DNA of 56,589 nucleotides, filler included, from Jimgerdemannia flammicorona (Eukaryota), in NCBI GenBank assembly GCA_003990765.1. It is 3 parts of 3 records of this genome, joined end to end, with 100 filler letters (N's around TTAATTAATTAA, not from the genome) between each part and the next. Parts side by side here need not be neighbours in the genome. Positions count along the whole stretch, not along the records: positions 37,796 to 56,589 come from RBNJ01002115.1; 2 more parts are not named here. One strand, written 5' to 3'. Made by a program: the position numbers and the translations under genes. Below are positions 49,200 through 56,589 of this stretch, piece after piece (the first letter of the stretch is position 1; each line of letters opens with the position of its first letter). Below the pieces are notes generated by a model. It was not told the origin of the DNA and did no database searches. It saw only the letters and a list, made by a program, of their open reading frames with translations.

Positions 49200-50500
49200 C
49201 AAGTCCAAACCTCATTTGTTGTCTGAATGTTGGGATTTCTGTGAGCTGACCAAAGGTTGCATTGACCTTTTGTTGGCTAAGGTCCTTAAAGATATGTATT
49301 GTACTTGAAAGTCTTGGTCTTGCGAAGTTTCTTTTCTTTTTCTCCTTCACTGGCTGGGGTAGTTCCTCAGATAATATCTTGAACTGCTTGTTCCAGCTCC
49401 ATATCTTGGTCCATCTCTTTAGCTTGGCTTTCGGTGGCTGTTTCCATCTGCTTTTCTACTGGATTCTTCTTGGGTCTTTCTGGTGGTCTCTTGTAGGGTT
49501 CCTTGCGAACATTCTTCTTGATAGTCTGAGCAGGATAGGCCTCTCATTCTTCTTTGTCAGAATCTCCAATTTCCTTGAAGATAATTGTATTAGCCTACTC
49601 CTTGTTTCATGTAGCATTGCTTGGTTGAGCCTTGTACTTAGTTTCACTCATATATTCATAGGAGTAGTGGCCTTCTTCTCTGCAAGTATAGCAGGTGCCT
49701 TTCTTCTTATCTGAGGTGGCAGCAAACTTCTGGATGGGGCAGCAGTCTCTTCCTCTGATCTCCTTTACTATATCCCCCAAGTGAGCAGTAATTTCTGTGA
49801 ACCTCTTGGTAAGTTCCTCCAAAGGGTCACTGTTCTTTTGCTGCTCTGTAGCTTTAGGCTGAGGTGTGTTTCGATTGATCATTGTGGTGGGGATCACACT
49901 GGTTGACTTAGGTGCCTCAATTCTGACTTCTGTAACTCTCTCCATTATATGGTCTTGTGGGTGTCTGGCTATTCAGTATCACTGAGTATAGGTGACCTTT
50001 TGTGGCAGATCCAGAATTACTGGTGAAGGGCGGATGGCCATGGCTATTTCTGGATGGACTCCTTTCATGAAGGTTGCTTTGGCTACTTGATCTCAGATAG
50101 CAGCAGCATAATCTGCAAGGACTATCTGATATCAAATTCTGGTATAGAATGTGTTTGGATCCTCACTCATTTCTTAGCATGTTGTATTGAGTTGATTCTT
50201 CAGGGCTTGCTTGATCTCATCTGTATAATATATATTTCGGAGCCAGGTCTTCTGTGCTGTCAGTATAGCATCGGCATCATTTCCTGCATAGGTTGCAGCT
50301 GTAAATAGTGCTCTGGCAGAACCTCATAGGCTGAAGAGTATGAGGGCTACTTGCTGTGCTGCTGTCAGGGTCCTTACAGCAGCATACTGCTCAAAATCAT
50401 CAATGAAGGTGATGATTGATTCATCTGAGGTATATCTATGGAATACTGGTGGTCTCATATCCATCTTGTCTGGGTATTGGGGCTCGGTTTGTATGGTTGT
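49200..50500 (-). pseudogene. gag of element C
   Basis: RPPVFHRY..ESIITFIDDFEQY capsid-like start; knuckle CYTCREEGHYSYEY at about 49700-49655. Ends approximate. Confidence 0.8.
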
Positions 50501-50578
50501 TCAGATAGGGATGATTGTTTGTTGTTCAGCTTGAAAGTGAGAGATTCGTCTTGAATCACCAGCCAATAGGCACCAAGT

Positions 50579-51044
50579 TGTAACATAGTGAATGCTTACT
50601 CTTGAAAGTATGTTGGATTTCTGTATCTTGAAAACTTGATCTTCTCTGACTCCTCAGAGTCCTTTGAGTTGCAGGGGAGAGTGGGTGAGTTCGAAGTATA
50701 TCTGCCTGCAGGCTTACTAGTTCCTTTGCTATCTCTTTGCTTTGAACTATTTCAATCTCAGGTTTATTCACTCAAAGATACTGGGTTATTTATACAAGTT
50801 TGCTAGCTATGAGATGGTTACTGGATTATGTGGCTAAGTTATGAGTCATTTAACACTTTGCGAAATATTTTGCCAGTTGTAAAATGCTATACTATATCAA
50901 GAAGCTTGATCTCACACTTTGTGAAATATTTAGCAAGTGGCAAAATCGAGGACTGCTAACTATGTGGCTATACTACTTTGGGACTGGGTGTGATCAAGTA
51001 TCTGTTCCCTATTTCCTTCTTCCAAATCTGGCTATACTGTCACA
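50579..51044 (-). repeat. 5' LTR of element C
   Basis: TGTGACA...GTTACA on the minus strand, followed by the PBS. Confidence 0.95.
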
Positions 51045-52549
51045 GTATATACCTTACAAAAATTATCCTCCAGATATATATATATATATATTTATAGTTA
51101 TATAGACTCTGCTATTTATTATCTCTAGATATATATATATTGGTAGTCTATTTACTAAGCTAGATTGGATCATTCTTTTAAGGCTTGATTTACCATATAT
51201 CCTAAGCATTGATATATATATTGGATGTGTCAGAGGTAGTTGTCATATATATAGAGGCTTTTGTGCTATTTGATATCCTATTGATTGTATAAAGATTACC
51301 ATATTTCAAAGCTGTCATTATCTTGTTGTTATATGAATTGTATATTTTTATACTCTTTGATCAATATATATCTCTTTATTACTGTGAGACATTATTTTTC
51401 TCATTGAAAAGAGATTTTTACTAATTGCTAAAGTATATAGCATATCAAGAAAGATACTAGTGAGTTCTATGATGTTACCATAGAGAGGTATCCTGACATT
51501 TCCCTTTTCTTAAGTATAGATAATATTGTTATCTTCTAGTTTGATAGATATAGAGTATTTGAATGACTCATATATATATAGAGAACTATTCTCTGTATAG
51601 TATCATATATTATATGGCTCCAGAATATATTATCCAGACATCATTATTATCAGCTATATTTGTGATATATTTCTTGACTGATGTTATTGCTACTATTTAT
51701 TTAGTAAAAAGTATTATACTATTGACTGGAATTTATAGATGATAGATTGGTAAATTTGACAGTAGAACTGTAATCTCTATATATTACTAATATAAAGAAT
51801 ATATGTATCACTGCTTTCATCAGTTTCAGCAGTGTTTGCATTGTCATGCTTTTCTTTGCCTTAATAGGTCTTTCTGTTACCTTTATATTACCAATGCTGG
51901 TCTCTATATTATTGCTTATTATTTTTACTACTTTTTTTGTCATTTTCCCAGTAATAGCAATTATACTTCCTATATCTATACTTACTATAGTATTCATAGT
52001 AACCATCATATTTAGATGATTGGGTGGACTGGTTGTTATCACATTGTTGAGCTTGAGTTTGAGTTCATTGGTCTTATTATTGTCTATACTTTTGACCTTA
52101 TTTGGTACTATATCTGTGAGATCAATAGAATGTATTTTTATCATCATATGCAGTATAATTTCCCTGGCACATTTCCTCATTGATAAAGCTCATTATGATA
52201 TAGATATAATCTGCAAGTTTGCCACTCTTCTGAATGACTGCTACTCTGATGTGATATATTTTGGAGAAGTTCCTTATAAGAGCCAAGACCTTGTCTTTAT
52301 TATTTATATACTATACTAACATGCTTAGAGAATTCATCTTATTCACTAGATCATTAATATGACTGACATATATATTAATGGTCTTCTTAGGCTTCATTTA
52401 TATGTATAATTAATATATATAGGATCTTATTTCTTATAGAGAATCTCAAAAAGCTAATTTATATATTTTGTTCCTCTCTCTATGATTACTTACTTTAAAG
52501 ACTTAAATTGATAGATTATTTCTCTATTAAAGAAATTAACAATTTATAG

Positions 52550-53620
52550 AAGAGAAGAAAGATATTCTGGAAATCATGAGGAGGGGGGGGTAAAGAGAAT
52601 AAATCTGAAGCTAGAGTGAAAGTAGTGAGATATGAGAAAAAAGGAGATAATAATAAGAATAAATAAAGAATAGGATATAATTTGCATCAGTCTATTTATT
52701 ACTATACAAAAGTATAGTTCTTATATATAAATATGAAGTACCAAAAAGGAATAATATATCACTATATAGAGTTAATCAAATTAGAAACCAAATATTACAT
52801 AAGGAGCCAATCTCAGAGTAAGAATAAAAAACAAAATAAAAAAAATCTAAATCAGGAAATAGAAGAGAAGAAAGATATATCAGGAGTCAAGAAGATAGTA
52901 AGAGGAATAAATCTAAAGCCAGAGTTAAAGAGGTGAGATATGAGAAAAAAAGAGATAGTAATAAAGATAAATAAAGAACTAGAAAGAATTTGTATCAGCC
53001 TGTTTATTGCTATACAAAAGTATAGTTCTTATATATAAATATGAAGTTCCAAAAAAAGATAATATATCAAAATATATAGTTAACAAAATTAGAAATCAAA
53101 TATCATACAAAGAGCTAATTCCAGAGTAAAAATAAAAAAATTAAAAAACATTTTTACTTACTATAGAGTCTCATATTTAATCTAGGATATTTATTCCTCA
53201 CTTTACTCTCTTCTACTATCTTCAGCTTCTTAGCTTCATCTCAGGCTCACTGTGGCTCACTTTACTCAATCTCTATCCCTCACTCTTGTTCACTCCTTTA
53301 GGGTCTGTAGATGATTTTTGATCTCAATTGAGATATGTTTTATTTTGTTTTTTATTCTTACTCTAGATTTAGCTACTTATATAATATTTGGTTCCTACTT
53401 CAGTTAACTCTATATTACAATATATCATTTCTTTTTAGAACTTTATATTTATATATAAGAACTATGTTTTATATAATAATAAATAGACTGATGTAAATTA
53501 TGTTCTATTCTTTATTACTGTTATCTTTTTTCTAATATCTTACTCCTTTGACTCTAACTTTAGATTCATTCTGCTCTGCTCACTCTTCCTATAACTCTCA
53601 GTGTGTCTTCTTTCTCTTTT
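52550..53620. repeat. Three copies of an approximately 300-bp AT-rich unit: two tandem direct, one inverted
   Basis: About 52550-52860 and 52860-53150 share tatacaaaagtatagttcttatatataaatatgaagt; about 53330-53620 is the reverse complement. Confidence 0.85.
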
Positions 53621-53623
53621 ACT

Positions 53624-55479
53624 TATAAGTATACAACCTCTAAATCATCAAAATTATATATCACCCTTAGAACAAATCTGGAAATCATATGTAAGATTAT
53701 AAAGCTGATTCAAATTAAAGTCACAGATCACAAAGCTGAGTCAACTCAAAGTTACAGAATATAAGCTATATGAAAATGTAATCTTACTAATTAGGATTAA
53801 AAGTATATATACCAAACATATAATATATCAAAATAGAGAACTATAATAAACCAAAACAATAACTATAACTTTTAAATATATACTGAAGTCTACAATTATA
53901 TCTATGCTGACATTTACAATACTATTGTTTACCAGGCTATAGTACTTCTACTCTTTAGAAATATCCATAGCTTAGCATCTCTCTATTTTGTAAAAGTCTA
54001 ATGAAATATTCTGAACATACTTAGTAAGGTCCACTAAATTGTACAAATCTTAAGCTACTATCAGATTGGCTGTCTTCTGGAAGATATGATTAACCATCAC
54101 TATAATATAAATATTACAGAAATATCTCAATACTAGAAACTTATTACTAGTAAATACTGAGAACTCTTTTATAAGTATAATACCTTTATTCTCTACCTCT
54201 AGATTATTAGTGATAAAATAGTTATCACTCTGACCTATAGCCAAATTAATGATATAGTACAAGAACTCAATCATAAATATATTATGTATATCCAAACTAC
54301 AAACAGACCCTTTCTATATTCAGATAAATATATCCTACAAATGTCTTAAGTTGAATATATATACTATGAAGAATATCTATAATATAATCTAGTTTGATAA
54401 TAATGAAGTAAAAGTCAATGATCCCTCTCATATAACATGATCTCTAGCCAAGGATTCCAGCCAATACTGATCACTCTACCAGTCTTGCTAATAAACTTAC
54501 AATAGCTTATATCCATATATGAGATCTACTGAGATAATGATTACTGACATGATTACTAATCTTTATTCATACCTGACTACTTCAACTATAATAAAAAAAC
54601 TGGAGAATATAACCAATCTATACCTTCAGATAACTCTTGAGATAGAATTAGCAATTCTACCTCTTTAGTATAAGTGATATAAAGAATAGCCATCAGCTTA
54701 CTATAACTCTATAATATATAGTACTATAACTTACCAAAGATATGCTGATAGTGAATCTGATGAAAGTGAAGATAATATATCCCTTTTTTACTCACTAATA
54801 CTATATCTAGTATATAAGATAGATGACACTATTCTGTGGGATAGTGATCTGATTTTAATATATTACTATATAAATGAATAGAGAGATATAATCTAAGACC
54901 CCTTCTTAAATGACTACATTATCAAAGATGATATCATTGATAGTGATCTCATTGATGAGTATCCAGATAGCCTCCCATTAGTATAAATATTCTCTCTCTC
55001 AGATCTCAGACAATTAGACATAAACAGATAAGTATACTGATAAGAATACTTCTCTATATAAATATCTCTTCACACATTACTCTTAGTATTAGCTAATAGC
55101 AATATTATGAATAGTGAATAAACCTATTTAATAATCTATAAACCACTCTTAAATAAACTCATACTATATTAGGTCCCACTCCTAACTAGATCCAGAAATT
55201 TCTTAATTGAGTATTATCAGTAGTAATATGATAATTCAACTAAGCTTGTCTTAGTTTCTTAAACTTTCGGAAATAAGAAAAATTCTGAATATCTAGAATA
55301 GGTCTGAAAAAGAACTTTGGTTAAGACATTAATTCAATCTTAAAATCAATAAGTATAGAGGATATACTCTATATGGAATTAATCTTGATCTTAAAAAAAT
55401 AGTCTTCCAGAATATCTAGAAATACCTAAAAACCCTTCCAGAACTATGTAATAGTACTCTAACAAAGTATCCTCTTATA
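53624..55479 (+). repeat. Decayed solo LTR of family B, including the U3 ORF remnant
   Basis: TATAAGTATACAACCTC...CCTCTTATA, colinear with 19140-21199; possible 4-bp TSD TACT/TGCT. Confidence 0.88.
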
Positions 55480-56565
55480 TGCTACTCTGCCTACCTCTGG
55501 AACCCCAACAGCTTTTATAATTATAGATGATTATTTCTTTCTCCTCTGCTTCCCCTGCCTTTGTTCTTACTATTGACTAATTTAACATCTGTATATATTA
55601 TCCACTATCCTCTCTCTCACTCTTGATCTCTATTTCTCCATATATCCTCTTCTCTAAGAAGGCTTGACTTTATTATAATATTAATACTATAGCTCTACCT
55701 GCTATTAAGATTTTTATCCTCACTAAGAAATAATGTCAAGTCTTTTCTAAGGAAATTTATACTACTTCTGTTGCTACTAAGACTACTATTATCATTGCTA
55801 CATATAACTCTACCTCTACTAATTCTCTCTCCTTTCACTAGTTCTATACTACTTTTATGGTCTTTGCTATCTTCCTCCTCACTGATACTGCCCCCTTTTA
55901 TAGTTTTATCATCAATGAGATTCCCTCTACTAATACTGATATTTATGTTATTTATTATTTTTTACTTACCAGTAATTTTTTTCCCACTTATCTCTATAAG
56001 TCTGAGGCCTCTTATGCTACTTCTATAGTCTACTCTGTCTTTACTACTTCTATTCTGGTCACTTCTGAGATCTTGGTCTCTGAGGCCATTCATACTAAAG
56101 CTTATACTACTATATATACTAAGGTCTACATTATCTTTATTACTGCTACTGCCAAGAATACCAGGTCCTTATCAGTTTCTATATCTATCAAGATCTTATT
56201 GACCTCTTCTCTCTTACCATTACTTATCTCTAAGATCTCTTCTATCTCTAAACATAGCTATACTCTTAATATCTATCCTGTTAGCTCCTAGTTCTATACT
56301 ATCTGCTCTGATCACCTCTATTATACTTACTGATACTCTATCAAGACTACTTGTCTACAAGTGATCTCTCTCACTCTATCACTCCCATCTACTTCTCTAA
56401 GGTCTTGATGTACTCTTGCTCCTACCTCTCTCTCCTTAGTATACTCTACCTTCTCTGAGTCTTATTATCTCTTCATTTATATCTCTGAGTATAAGGCCTA
56501 CACTAAGGTCTGCTGTCAGAAAATCTGACATTCTGATAGTATATACTCATTTATCTATATTATCT

Positions 56566-56589
56566 CTTTTTTTTTTTTTTTTTTTTTTT
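56566..56589 (-). other. Poly(T) run, probably the poly(A) tail of a minus-strand LINE beyond the window
   Basis: T-run at the window edge, similar to 13553-13584. Confidence 0.4.

Larger units (their letters stand above)
44358..51044 (-). mobile_element. Complete Ty3/gypsy element C (gag-PR-dUTPase-RT-RH-IN-extra ORF), 466-bp LTRs
   Basis: LTRs 44358-44823 and 50579-51044; 4-bp TSD GTAT (44354-44357 / 51045-51048); PBS TGGTGCCTATTGGC at 50575-50562; PPT TTCAGGAGGAAGT at 44836-44824. Confidence 0.95.
43400..52300 (-). pseudogene. Very decayed DNA-transposon relic, probably a hAT transposase (about 43400-44357 plus 51049-52300), split by element C
   Basis: Residual motifs on the minus strand: BED-like region at about 52240-52120, ITT-DNDS at about 51330, CLGYMVNQA (compare C-AH--NLA) at about 51200, and a possible dimerisation remnant at about 43730. 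Weak because of AT decay. Confidence 0.35.

Noticed and set aside
55480..56560. Hydrophobic 'membrane protein-like' ORFs (also 51719-52319)
   Set aside because: Compositional artefacts of T-rich decayed sequence; no recognisable motif and origin not assignable.

Overview
Eukaryotic DNA, most likely fungal (short spliceosomal introns, heavy C>T/G>A decay; the lineage is not determined). The window is a pile of nested, mostly pseudogenised transposons with no recognisable ordinary host gene. It holds two PIF/Harbinger copies, several Ty3/gypsy LTR elements of at least three families (two families carry dUTPase; two have long, 1.5-2.1 kb LTRs with an ORF inside U3), L1/Tx1-type LINEs, an old hAT-like relic and two assembly gaps. 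The standout is a complete 6.3-kb hAT transposon (27844-34180; 12-bp TIRs, 8-bp TSD) inserted in an LTR. Facing its transposase it carries a spliced cargo gene whose reconstructed C-terminus has the HxD...H signature and layout of a TET/JBP-like Fe(II) dioxygenase. This suggests a transposon that carries its own DNA-modification eraser. All assignments come from manual reading and translation; no database search was run.
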